64,000 bases of DNA from sequence record NC_019411.1, one strand, 5' to 3'. Positions 27,450 to 36,366 of the stretch are shown piece after piece. A program made the translations under genes and the position numbers. The notes under the pieces are model-generated. The model had not been told where the DNA came from. It saw nothing but the letters and a program-made list of their open reading frames with translations, and made no database searches. The first letter of the stretch is position 1; each line of letters starts with the position of its first letter.

Positions 27450-27505
27450 TTGCCAAAGCTGATCTGATCAGCTAGAACCCTCGCCGACGACAACGAGGAG
27501 GCCCC
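27450..27505 (+). promoter_or_regulatory. cassette promoter (TTGCCA variant)
   Basis: TTGCCA-N17-TAGAAC...GACGACAAC GAGGAGG. Confidence 0.75.
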
Positions 27506-27700
27506 ATGCCGCACCTGAGCAAGACGCCGTTCGACTTCGACTTCACCAGTGACGCTTTGGCGGCAACGCTGGAATTCGAGCGCAACACGACCGAGTTCTA
27601 CCGCTACGAGACAGTCTTCACATCCGGTCGTGCGGCAACTCACGTTCTCGTCATGGAAGAAGACGGGAATTTCGTCGGCTTCGTCTCGGGTGAAGCCTGA
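27506..27700 (+). CDS. hypothetical protein
   Basis: RBS behind promoter. Confidence 0.7.
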   Translation: MPHLSKTPFDFDFTSDALAATLEFERNTTEFYRYETVFTSGRAATHVLVMEEDGNFVGFVSGEA

Positions 27701-28068
27701 TGCAGCACCTCGACCCCCGCATCGGCGTCCTGAACTCGGGCGTCTACTACGCCTTCGTCGACGGCTACGACAAGCCCGAGACGCGCGGCACGCTCGAAGA
27801 GGTCGAGATCGCCCTGGGCCTGCGCGCTGCGAAGCCGGCTCCGACCAAGCGCATCGTCGCCGCCCAGCCGGCCGTCAAGACCTACTCGGTCCACATGCGG
27901 TTCGAATATCCGGGCTGGAGCTATACCGACGGCATCACCTACGAGGGCATGCTCGGTCGCACGAAGGCCGAAGCGATCCGCAACGCCCGCGCCCAGGCCT
28001 TTGCCGACGGTCACCTCGGCGTCGGCCAGGGTCGTGTGTGGTTCAAGGCCACGGAAGAGGACGCCTAG
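27700..28068 (+). CDS. hypothetical protein
   Basis: TGATG coupling. Confidence 0.7.
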   Translation: MQHLDPRIGVLNSGVYYAFVDGYDKPETRGTLEEVEIALGLRAAKPAPTKRIVAAQPAVKTYSVHMRFEYPGWSYTDGITYEGMLGRTKAEAIRNARAQAFADGHLGVGQGRVWFKATEEDA

Positions 28069-28302
28069 ATGAGCCGCATCCGTGTCATCGACCGCGACGG
28101 GTTCATGCAGGGCTGGGTCGACGCCCGCGTCGGCCTGCCGACCTATTCCGGCCCCGTCACCCGCTGGACCGAAAAGGGCTCGTTCTGGACCACCGGCTCG
28201 GACGGCGAGGAGCGCCTGTGGAAGGCCGGTAATCACCAGCCCTGCGTCTACAAGAGCAAGCTCCGCAAGAGCGACATCATCCACGAGCGACGGGAGGGCT
28301 GA
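28069..28302 (+). CDS. hypothetical protein
   Basis: abutting ORF. Confidence 0.6.
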   Translation: MSRIRVIDRDGFMQGWVDARVGLPTYSGPVTRWTEKGSFWTTGSDGEERLWKAGNHQPCVYKSKLRKSDIIHERREG

Positions 28303-28303
28303 C

Positions 28304-28621
28304 ATGGGCCTGCTGAGCATCTATCTGACGGGCGCGGCGCTCACCGGCGTGGCGACGGGCGTCTACCTTTTCAAGTTCCGGGCGCCCGCGACGCATGAGA
28401 CCTACACCACCACCTGGGGCTATGTCGAAACCGATAACGTCGCCGAGACCGGCAACCACCTGGGGGCCATCCTCCTGATGGCGCTCTTCTGGTTCGTCAT
28501 GGTCCCGATGGCGACCGTCATGTTGCTCTGGCACCTCCTGGTCCGCACCGTCGACAAGGCTTGGCGCCGCCGCACGTCGCGCCGCGAGAAGACGCACGTC
28601 GGCACCCATCGCTATCTGTGA
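28304..28621 (+). CDS. two-TM membrane protein
   Basis: two hydrophobic segments; GGAGG RBS. Confidence 0.65.
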   Translation: MGLLSIYLTGAALTGVATGVYLFKFRAPATHETYTTTWGYVETDNVAETGNHLGAILLMALFWFVMVPMATVMLLWHLLVRTVDKAWRRRTSRREKTHVGTHRYL

Positions 28622-28650
28622 CCGCCGCCAGCCTCGCTGGCTTCAGTGTG

Positions 28651-28679
28651 TTGACGGCGCGTCGATCGCCCGCTAAGAA
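28651..28679 (+). promoter_or_regulatory. sigma70-type promoter lacking GACGACAAC
   Basis: TTGACG-N17-TAAGAA. Confidence 0.55.
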
Positions 28680-28737
28680 GGGCTGACGGTCACGCTCTGG
28701 CTGCATGAATTTTCAATCCGAAAGGGGCCTTAAGTCC

Positions 28738-30768
28738 ATGGATTTCCACGTCTTTAAGACGGCTGTCGCCAAGCAGTGGGCCGCGATGACCAAGGGTGAC
28801 GCGACCTTGTTCCGCGTCGACGTCGACAAGGACCTCCTGTGGTCGACCTACCTGAAGGCGTTCCCGGCCGGGACCGATCCGATCTTCCGCGAGCGCTCCG
28901 AGCACGACTGCTCGTGCTGCCGCAACTTCATCCGAAACGCCGGCGACGCCGTGGCGGTGGTCAACGGCCAGATCGTCACGATCTGGGACTGGCCGATCGA
29001 GGGCGAGCCGGCCTATCAGCAGGTCTCCCAGACCCTGGCGGCCCTGGTCCGCTCGCGCCCGGTGCGCGACATCTTCCTGCACGACCAGAAGACCATCGGG
29101 ACCGACAAGAACGTCGAGACCATGCTGGGCGGCGACGTCACCTGGAACCACTTCTTCGTCAATGTCCCCTCGCGCTTCGTCAAGAAGGGCAAGGACATCC
29201 CGACCGCGCTCCACATCCCGCGCACCGCGCAGGAGACGCTTCTGCGCGCCGTGACCGAGATCACCGACGAGGCGATCGACACGGTGCTGGACCTGATCGC
29301 CCAGAACGCGCTCTATCGCGGGGCCGAGCACAAGTCGGCGGTGGTGGCGTTCCAGAAGGCCAAGAAGACCTTCGAGGGCCTGCCGGCGGCCGACAAGGCG
29401 CTGAAGGCCTGGGTCAACGTCACCAACGGCGAAATCTGGGGCTCGGTCTCGGGCATCCGGAGCACGGTGATCGGTTCGCTGCTGGTCGACCTGTCGGCTG
29501 ACGTCGACCTGGAGGACGCGGTCAAGAAGTTCGAGGCAAAGGTCGCGCCGCACAACTACAAGCGCACGACCGCCCTGGTGACCAAGAAGCAGATCGAGAA
29601 CGCCAAGAAGACGATCTCCGACCTGGGCCTGACCTCGGCCCTGGAGCGCCGCTACGCCGTCCTCAAGGACGTGTCGATCAACGACGTGCTGTTCGCCGAC
29701 CGCGACGCCAAGTCGGTGATGAACGACGTCTTCGACGATCTGGCCGCCGACGTCGCCGAGAAGGCCAAGTCCTACGACAAGGTCGAGGAGGTCTCGATCG
29801 ACAAGTTCCTGTCCGACATCCTCCCGAGGGTGTCGAGCGTCGAGGCCCTGGTCGAGAACCGCCTGACGAGCAATTTCGTCAGCCTGATCGCGCCGGTCGA
29901 TCCGACCGCCGGCTCCCTCTTCAAGTGGGGGAACAACTTCTCCTGGTCCTATGCCGGGGAGGTGGCGGACTCGATCAAGGCCCGCGTCAAGGCGGCCGGC
30001 GGCAACGTCACCGGCGATCTCTGCTGCCGTCTGGCGTGGTTCAACTATGACGACCTCGACTTCCACATGAAGGAGCCGGGCGGCAACCTGATCTACTTCC
30101 GCCAGAAGTCCTCGCCTTACACGGGCGGGCGCCTCGACGTCGACATGAACGCCGGTGGGGGCCATACCCGCGAGCCGGTCGAGAACATCTTCTACGGCGA
30201 CCGCCGGACGATGAAGGAAGGCGTCTACGAACTGATGGTCCATCAGTACAGCAAGCGCGAGTCCAGCAACGTCGGCTTCGAGGTGGAGATCGACTACCTG
30301 GGCTCGGTCACCCGCTACGCCTACACCACGGCCCTGCGCCAGGATCAGGTCGTCAAGGTGGCGCAGTTCAAGTACAGCCACGCGCGCGGCATCGAGTTCA
30401 TCTCCTCGCTCCCGGCCTCGTCGGCGAGCAAGGACGTCTGGGGCGTCAAGACCGAGACCTTCCGCAGGGTCAACGTCATCATGCTCTCGCCCAACCACTG
30501 GGAAGGCGAGCCGGGCGTGGGGAACAAGCACTGGTTCTTCATGCTGGACGGGGGCGTCAACGAGGACGGCGCCCGTGGCTTCTACAACGAGTTCCTGAAG
30601 GACAGCCTCACGCCCCACCGTCGCGTCTTCGAGATGCTGGGGTCCAAGCTGAAGCCCGCGCCGGCGGCTGAACAACTCTCCGGCCTGGGCTTCTCCTCGA
30701 CCAAGCGCGACGAACTTGTCGTGCGCGTCAAGGGGGCCTTCACCCGTACCCTCAAGATCAAATTCTAA
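28738..30768 (+). CDS. 676-aa hypothetical protein, N-terminal Cys/His motif and YfaP/DUF2135-like domain
   Basis: EHDCSCC; LAWFNYDDLDFHMKEP...GGRLDVDMNAGG...PVENIF. Confidence 0.8.
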   Translation: MDFHVFKTAVAKQWAAMTKGDATLFRVDVDKDLLWSTYLKAFPAGTDPIFRERSEHDCSCCRNFIRNAGDAVAVVNGQIVTIWDWPIEGEPAYQQVSQTLAALVRSRPVRDIFLHDQKTIGTDKNVETMLGGDVTWNHFFVNVPSRFVKKGKDIPTALHIPRTAQETLLRAVTEITDEAIDTVLDLIAQNALYRGAEHKSAVVAFQKAKKTFEGLPAADKALKAWVNVTNGEIWGSVSGIRSTVIGSLLVDLSADVDLEDAVKKFEAKVAPHNYKRTTALVTKKQIENAKKTISDLGLTSALERRYAVLKDVSINDVLFADRDAKSVMNDVFDDLAADVAEKAKSYDKVEEVSIDKFLSDILPRVSSVEALVENRLTSNFVSLIAPVDPTAGSLFKWGNNFSWSYAGEVADSIKARVKAAGGNVTGDLCCRLAWFNYDDLDFHMKEPGGNLIYFRQKSSPYTGGRLDVDMNAGGGHTREPVENIFYGDRRTMKEGVYELMVHQYSKRESSNVGFEVEIDYLGSVTRYAYTTALRQDQVVKVAQFKYSHARGIEFISSLPASSASKDVWGVKTETFRRVNVIMLSPNHWEGEPGVGNKHWFFMLDGGVNEDGARGFYNEFLKDSLTPHRRVFEMLGSKLKPAPAAEQLSGLGFSSTKRDELVVRVKGAFTRTLKIKF

Positions 30769-30787
30769 CGGAAGGACCTGAAAGACC

Positions 30788-31210
30788 ATGAGCACCGATC
30801 TCTTCGAAATCGCCGCGCGCGAGAAGTTCCGCTTCGAGAGCCCCAAAGGCCTCCTGGGCGTGGAAGAACTGTTCGACCTGCCGCTGACCAGCACCGTCGC
30901 CGGCAAGGCCAACCTGAACGACATCGCCGTCGACCTGTTCAAGCAGATCAAGGACCTCGACAACATCTCGTTCGTCACGCCCAAGAAGGTCGACCCCTCG
31001 ATCGGTCAGCGCCTGGACATCGTCAAGCGGGTGATCGAGATCAAGCAGGCCGAGAACGCGGCCAAGCTGAAGACCGCCCAGGACAAGGAAACCCTGCGCA
31101 TCCTCGACGAGGCGATCGCCGCCAAGAAGTCCGAGAAGATCGCCGGCACCTCGCTGGAAGACCTGGAAGCCCAGCGCGCGGCCCTGCTCTCGGGCGGCGC
31201 CTCGGCCTAA
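30788..31210 (+). CDS. hypothetical protein, C-terminal coiled coil
   Basis: LFEIAAREKFRFESPKGLLGVEELFDLPL. Confidence 0.8.
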   Translation: MSTDLFEIAAREKFRFESPKGLLGVEELFDLPLTSTVAGKANLNDIAVDLFKQIKDLDNISFVTPKKVDPSIGQRLDIVKRVIEIKQAENAAKLKTAQDKETLRILDEAIAAKKSEKIAGTSLEDLEAQRAALLSGGASA

Positions 31211-31236
31211 GCCTCCGGGCGGGCTGACATAGGCGC

Positions 31237-31297
31237 TTGACAACACTCTCGCGCCAACATAGAAGGGCCTCCGACGACAACGCCGGAGGCCCTTTTC
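31237..31297 (+). promoter_or_regulatory. cassette promoter overlapping terminator-like hairpin
   Basis: TTGACA-N17-TAGAAG; GGGCCTCCG-N10-CGGAGGCCC-TTTT. Confidence 0.8.
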
Positions 31298-31606
31298 ATG
31301 ACCGAGATTAGCTGCACCACGCCGGTTCCGAATAATCCGCGCTACGTGATTGTTACCGTCGATGGTCGGAAATATCGTTTCTCAGCGGCTGAGCGACGCC
31401 GACGCGGCGATGTCGTGATCAACTATGTGCTCGGAAGTCGAAAGGGCAAATGGGGCCAGTCGACCGATTGGGTCTCCCTGCCCCAAGGCCCCAAGCGCCG
31501 GACGGTGGTCTCCTCGGCCGCCGAGTTCCTCGCTTCGTCCCCAGACATTCCGGCTGAAGAACAGTCGGTCTGGGCCGGCGTCGCCTTTGCGAACCTCGCC
31601 CAATGA
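31298..31606 (+). CDS. hypothetical protein
   Basis: after promoter; codon usage less GC3-biased than neighbours. Confidence 0.6.
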   Translation: MTEISCTTPVPNNPRYVIVTVDGRKYRFSAAERRRRGDVVINYVLGSRKGKWGQSTDWVSLPQGPKRRTVVSSAAEFLASSPDIPAEEQSVWAGVAFANLAQ

Positions 31607-32055
31607 CCTATCCCATCCAGATCGACCCCGCGATCCTCGCCCTGGGCGCCGCCTGGAAGGCGGCTGACATCCTGGAGCGCGACCTGCGCGCCAAATGGAC
31701 CTACGACAGCCACGACCGCGCCACCTACGAGGCCTGGAAGCTCGCCGACGACGCGCGCAACGCCGCCTTCAAGGCGATGACCAGCGCCCTGCCCGATCCG
31801 GGCAAGCCGGTGTTCATCAGTCCCACCGACTGGCTGGCCCAGCAGGACAACTGGCGCACCTACTATGCGCCGGTGAAGGCCTGGAACTCGGCGCCGCACT
31901 GGAACAACTGGTACCCGTGCCTGGGCCACTATGAGTTCAACGCCCGCACCGGCGAGCACTTCTACCGTGGGGCCGAGATGTACGACCGCTGCATCGAGGA
32001 GGCCGTCCGGCGCAATGCCGAGTACGCGGCATACTACGCCAAGAAGGCCGCCTGA
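31603..32055 (+). CDS. hypothetical protein (aromatic-rich)
   Basis: ATGA coupling. Confidence 0.7.
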   Translation: MTYPIQIDPAILALGAAWKAADILERDLRAKWTYDSHDRATYEAWKLADDARNAAFKAMTSALPDPGKPVFISPTDWLAQQDNWRTYYAPVKAWNSAPHWNNWYPCLGHYEFNARTGEHFYRGAEMYDRCIEEAVRRNAEYAAYYAKKAA

Positions 32056-32056
32056 C

Positions 32057-32305
32057 ATGACCAAGTCCGTCCAGGTCCAGCGCGGCAAGACCACCTACCA
32101 CGTCACCTTCGACGAGGCCGGGCAGGTCTCGTCGATCATCGGCGTCGCGGTGGTCGGCAAGGTCCCGCGCTACAAGGGCGGGACGCGGCGCGTCACCTAT
32201 TCCGGCGCCGGCAACGGCTGGCACGCCAGCGCCGGCCGCCCCATCCCCATGCAGCTTCGCCCGATCGCGGACGAGGCGTTCCAGATCAAGGAGGCCCAGT
32301 CTTGA
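32057..32305 (+). CDS. hypothetical protein
   Basis: start MTKSVQ. Confidence 0.6.
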   Translation: MTKSVQVQRGKTTYHVTFDEAGQVSSIIGVAVVGKVPRYKGGTRRVTYSGAGNGWHASAGRPIPMQLRPIADEAFQIKEAQS

Positions 32306-33105
32306 GCGACTTCCAGCTTTCCGCCCAGCACCAGCGGATCGTCAACAACACGATCGACGCGCTGGACTATCTCTTCCGGCGCAACGGCGAGCCGTCCTCG
32401 GGCGGCGAGATGCCGTTCAACCGGCTCGATCTCGGGAGCATCGCCGACAACATCTCGGCCGTCCTGGCGGTGCTCCCCAGCCACGCCGACATCCTGACGA
32501 AGTACCTCTTCATCGCCCAGGGGCTGCTTCGCGAGATCGCCAACTACCACGCGGCCAAGCCTGACGAACTGCGCCGGATGGCGCAGGCCCTGCGCCCCTT
32601 CTACAAGACCCGCGCCGCCGCTGGTCTGTCGCCGGCGGCCCAGCAGACCCTCGATTTCATGGTCGAAGGCCTGCGCTTCCTGGCCGAGAACGACTGCGAG
32701 CCTCCGTCAGGTGGCGAGCAGATGTACAACCGCATCTCGCTTCTGAGCCGCACCGGCTCGGACGCCAAGCGCCTGCGCCAGGAGGCCCCCAACCTCGACG
32801 TGGTGATCACCCAGGTCGAGGCCCTGTTCATCGACCTCTGGCATTATCGCGCCATCGCCCTGAAGGACGTCCAGGACGCCTTGGAGGCCCTGGAGCCCTA
32901 CTATGTTCCGCCCGCCTGGACGGTCGCGCCGGCCCCTGCGCCGGCTAAGCCCGCCGCCCGCATCGTCTCGAAGGCCGAGGCCCTGGAACTCCTCGACCAC
33001 ATCGCCACGACGGCCTCCGTCCTGCGGATGCAGATGGGACCGGCCAACGCCGACATCACACTGGAGCGGGTCAAGACGCTCGAAGCCTTCGTCAATCAGC
33101 AATAG
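32302..33105 (+). CDS. hypothetical protein with internal tandem duplication
   Basis: EPSSGGEMPFNR and EPPSGGEQMYNR. Confidence 0.7.
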   Translation: MSDFQLSAQHQRIVNNTIDALDYLFRRNGEPSSGGEMPFNRLDLGSIADNISAVLAVLPSHADILTKYLFIAQGLLREIANYHAAKPDELRRMAQALRPFYKTRAAAGLSPAAQQTLDFMVEGLRFLAENDCEPPSGGEQMYNRISLLSRTGSDAKRLRQEAPNLDVVITQVEALFIDLWHYRAIALKDVQDALEALEPYYVPPAWTVAPAPAPAKPAARIVSKAEALELLDHIATTASVLRMQMGPANADITLERVKTLEAFVNQQ

Positions 33106-33113
33106 GGGCCAGC

Positions 33114-33563
33114 ATGACCACTCCGCTCTGTCTGAATCCGGACGGCGCCGACTTCCAGGCCCAGGCCGTCCTCGCCCTGGTCCGCTTCATCATCGGCGAC
33201 GACTTCGAGCCGTCCTGGAACGCCCAGAAGCAGGTCTTCGAGGGCGAGCCCCAAGTCGCCCGCTTCGATAGCCCGCGCTGCCACGGCTACGTGATCTGGC
33301 TGGTCGATCACCGCGCGGCGGTGTTCGGCGGCGAACCCCGGCAGATCAACATCACCCTCTACCAACACGGGGTCAGCGACGAGATCGTCATCAACGCGTG
33401 GCTGGGCGAAACCAACCGCTGGATGGTCCCGACCTATCACGACATGCCCGGCCTCGATCTGATGTTCAGGCACGTGACCTTCCGCTGCCTGGACGTCAAG
33501 TCAGCCGCCTACTACGTCGCCGACCTGATGAAGGAATTCTGGGCCGAGGGCTCGCCGCGATGA
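33114..33563 (+). CDS. hypothetical protein
   Basis: packed ORF. Confidence 0.65.
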   Translation: MTTPLCLNPDGADFQAQAVLALVRFIIGDDFEPSWNAQKQVFEGEPQVARFDSPRCHGYVIWLVDHRAAVFGGEPRQINITLYQHGVSDEIVINAWLGETNRWMVPTYHDMPGLDLMFRHVTFRCLDVKSAAYYVADLMKEFWAEGSPR

Positions 33564-33862
33564 GTGACCACGATGCCTGCCTGACCAACTGGGTCCTCTG
33601 CGACGCGCCCGGCGGCGGGCTGGTGGTGATCGGCGAGATCATGGCCGACAAGCGCGGGCGCTGGCCGGACGGGCGGCTCATCCACACCTCGCTCCTCCAG
33701 GCCAAGGCCGAGGCGGTGGCGCCGGGCGCGGTGGTCGCCACGCTCAACTCCCGCTACATCCTGGGACGCAAGGCCGAGGAGATCACCGTCCGGCACTTCG
33801 TCGGGGCGATGCTCGCCCGCGTCGCGATCAGACCGCTTGACAACACTCTCGCGCCAACATAG
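33560..33862 (+). CDS. hypothetical protein
   Basis: ATGA coupling; 3' end overlaps next promoter. Confidence 0.6.
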   Translation: MSDHDACLTNWVLCDAPGGGLVVIGEIMADKRGRWPDGRLIHTSLLQAKAEAVAPGAVVATLNSRYILGRKAEEITVRHFVGAMLARVAIRPLDNTLAPT

Positions 33863-33881
33863 AAGGGTCCTCGACGACAAC
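33837..33881 (+). promoter_or_regulatory. cassette promoter
   Basis: 34 bp identical to 31234-31267; GACGACAAC. Confidence 0.85.
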
Positions 33882-33929
33882 GGCTGTCCGAAATTTGTAG
33901 ACGGATTTCGGACATAGAGGAGCACCCCG

Positions 33930-34313
33930 ATGGCCCAGCGCCTGAAGATCAAGGAAGTCGTGGTGGCGCAGCAGGACGCTGTCTACCACTGGCGTGGCGA
34001 GGAAGGCGACGAGTATCAGGTCATGAGCCTCGTCCACGTCCAGACCCTGGACGGCCGCTGGTTCCTGATGCCGGCCATGCGCCCCTACACCCGCGCCGAG
34101 GAGGCCGCGTTCGACGAGGCCTGCGGCGAAATCCTGTTCGGGATGAAGACCCGCTACTCGGACCCGCAGGCCTTCGCCACCATCGTCCGCGCCGCCGGCT
34201 CGATCGATCCTGATCTGTGGGTCGAGTATCAGCCCGACACCCGCACCCTGGAAGAGAAGTTCCACGACGACTGGATCGAGGAACAGTTCGACCGTCAACG
34301 CTTCGCCGCCTGA
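33930..34313 (+). CDS. hypothetical protein
   Basis: GAGGAG RBS. Confidence 0.75.
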   Translation: MAQRLKIKEVVVAQQDAVYHWRGEEGDEYQVMSLVHVQTLDGRWFLMPAMRPYTRAEEAAFDEACGEILFGMKTRYSDPQAFATIVRAAGSIDPDLWVEYQPDTRTLEEKFHDDWIEEQFDRQRFAA

Positions 34314-34323
34314 GGAGGACCCG

Positions 34324-34791
34324 ATGAGCTACCAACAAGCCCTGATGGACGCCCAGGCCGCGTTCCACGCCCACGAGATGGACGTCAACGACCGCGCCTG
34401 GGAGCGCTGGCTCAAGAAGCTGGAGGACGTCCTCGGCTTCGATGTCGACGCCGACAACTCCGAGGAGGCCAAGGCCTTCCACTGCGACATGGGCTACTCG
34501 CTCGACGAGACCTTCGAGATGTTCGACAAGGGCATGAGCGTCGAGCAGGCCCGCGTCGCCATCCTGCGCGCGTGCTACGAGGCCGCCGCCCGCGCCGCCG
34601 GCGTGGGCCTGGACGCCCTGGTCGAGGCCGAGGCGCGCGCCGTCGCCACCCGCGACGCCCTGCCTGAAAAGCGCAAGGTGGACCGCGAGCAGTACGCCCG
34701 CTACGCCGAACTGCTGGGCAAGATGATCGCCCGCATCCGCGAGGTCGGCGACGACTCGGGCGCGGCGCTTGAGAAGGCGTTCGGCCAATGA
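34324..34791 (+). CDS. hypothetical protein
   Basis: GAGGAGG RBS. Confidence 0.75.
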   Translation: MSYQQALMDAQAAFHAHEMDVNDRAWERWLKKLEDVLGFDVDADNSEEAKAFHCDMGYSLDETFEMFDKGMSVEQARVAILRACYEAAARAAGVGLDALVEAEARAVATRDALPEKRKVDREQYARYAELLGKMIARIREVGDDSGAALEKAFGQ

Positions 34792-35015
34792 GCGGCGGTC
34801 TCCACATGCGCCGGATCGATCACCCGCCGGGCCATGAGCTTCACGGCGTCACCGAGCGCGAGTTCGAGTGGTTCGGCAAGTCCTACCACGTGCGCAAGGA
34901 GTCTGGCGCCGTGCGGGTCTGGGTCCGCAAGAAGCGCGGGAGCCACTATCGCTTCCTGTCGCGCGACAGCGTGATCGCCGCCTGCGTCCGCCAAGCCTCG
35001 GGGCTGTTCCAATGA
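34788..35015 (+). CDS. hypothetical protein
   Basis: ATGA coupling. Confidence 0.6.
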   Translation: MSGGLHMRRIDHPPGHELHGVTEREFEWFGKSYHVRKESGAVRVWVRKKRGSHYRFLSRDSVIAACVRQASGLFQ

Positions 35016-35404
35016 GCCGCCCGTCGATCGCGGTGGTCGCCGCCACGCCGGCCCTGGCGCCCATGCACTGGGAGATCGTCGACCTCAAGGTCTGCGACGA
35101 CAGCCGGGTCAAGCTGAACGGCGATGGGACGATGTTCGCCCGCGCCGCCGATCCGACGGCGCTGGGCTGGATTCCGTTCAAGATCGTCCTGGGCTGCTTT
35201 GAGACCTTCGCCGACGCCTACGAGGCCCGCAACAAGGCCCGGTCGCTCTGGTTCAAAGCGGCCGAAACGGTCGACGCCGCCGCCGAGGCGGTGGTCGCCG
35301 CAGAACAGGCCCTGGCGCGCGCCCGCGCCGTCCAGGCCCAAGCCGAAAGCGCCCAGCGCGCGTCCTGTCGCGAGCCGTTCCTCGGCACGCCCACCGACTA
35401 CTAG
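35012..35404 (+). CDS. hypothetical protein
   Basis: ATGA coupling. Confidence 0.65.
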   Translation: MSRPSIAVVAATPALAPMHWEIVDLKVCDDSRVKLNGDGTMFARAADPTALGWIPFKIVLGCFETFADAYEARNKARSLWFKAAETVDAAAEAVVAAEQALARARAVQAQAESAQRASCREPFLGTPTDY

Positions 35405-35412
35405 GAGGTCCC

Positions 35413-35790
35413 ATGCGCAAGCCCAAGAAGACCGAGCAGGCCTATATCGTGTCGGGGACGTGGCCGTTCCCGACCGACATGCTGCGCTACGACGACGCCC
35501 GCCCGGCGACCGAGGGCGACGCCAACCTGATCAAGGCTCTGGAGAGCGAGGACCCCTCGCTTTCGGACCTGCGCAACCGCGTCCAGATCAAGCTGATCCG
35601 CCCGGCCAACGGCTTGCCCGCCGTCAAGCGCTGGGAGTCCTTCCTCTGGAAGGTCGTGGGCGGCGACGAGGAGGTCGCGGCGGACGTGGCGTGGCGCGAC
35701 GCCCTGGATAACCGCGACGCCCTGCGCAAGTCCGGGCTCGCCAAGCTGACTCCCGCCGAGCGCGCCGCGCTCAATCTCGACATTCGCTAG
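35413..35790 (+). CDS. hypothetical protein
   Basis: AGGAGG RBS; FPTDMLRYD. Confidence 0.75.
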   Translation: MRKPKKTEQAYIVSGTWPFPTDMLRYDDARPATEGDANLIKALESEDPSLSDLRNRVQIKLIRPANGLPAVKRWESFLWKVVGGDEEVAADVAWRDALDNRDALRKSGLAKLTPAERAALNLDIR

Positions 35791-35804
35791 GACAAGGAGG
35801 CCCC

Positions 35805-36290
35805 ATGCCCTGCAATTCCGAATATCAACAGCCGAACGCGCGCGAAGCCGAGTCCAAGAAGGTCGCCGGCCTGCTGGTCTATGTCCACGATAAGCTGGGC
35901 CGCACCGATCTTTCGAGCAGCATCCGTACCATCGCCAACATCTATTACGGCGCGCCCGGCCGTTGCGATGAACTGACCGAACGGCTCTGCTCGATGCTGC
36001 GCGATCTGACGGTCGATGAGCAGAACGAGGTCATCTACGACGGCCGCAATCCCAAGGCGCGCGAACTGGCCGACTGGTGGGAGCGCCACCAGGAGCATGA
36101 CCGCAAGCGCGCCGAGGCCGAAGCCCAGGCCGCCAAGCCGACCCTGAAGCAAGCCGTCTCGGCGGTGATCGCCCAACTCGACTATTCGGCCGACGGCAAG
36201 GTGTTCCCGACCGAGGGGAGCGATCAGCTTCCTCCGAAGCTGGCCAAGGCCCTGAACGACATGACCGACGCCTGGAACGACGGGCGTTGA
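35805..36290 (+). CDS. hypothetical protein
   Basis: AAGGAGG RBS. Confidence 0.75.
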   Translation: MPCNSEYQQPNAREAESKKVAGLLVYVHDKLGRTDLSSSIRTIANIYYGAPGRCDELTERLCSMLRDLTVDEQNEVIYDGRNPKARELADWWERHQEHDRKRAEAEAQAAKPTLKQAVSAVIAQLDYSADGKVFPTEGSDQLPPKLAKALNDMTDAWNDGR

Positions 36291-36307
36291 TCGTTGGCTC
36301 CGATGTG

Positions 36308-36366
36308 TTGACAAGAAGCGGCGGCCTCCTGTAGAAGCATCCTCGACGACAACAGGAGGCCCCGCC
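36308..36366 (+). promoter_or_regulatory. cassette promoter
   Basis: TTGACA-N18-TAGAAG...GACGACAAC AGGAGG. Confidence 0.85.
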
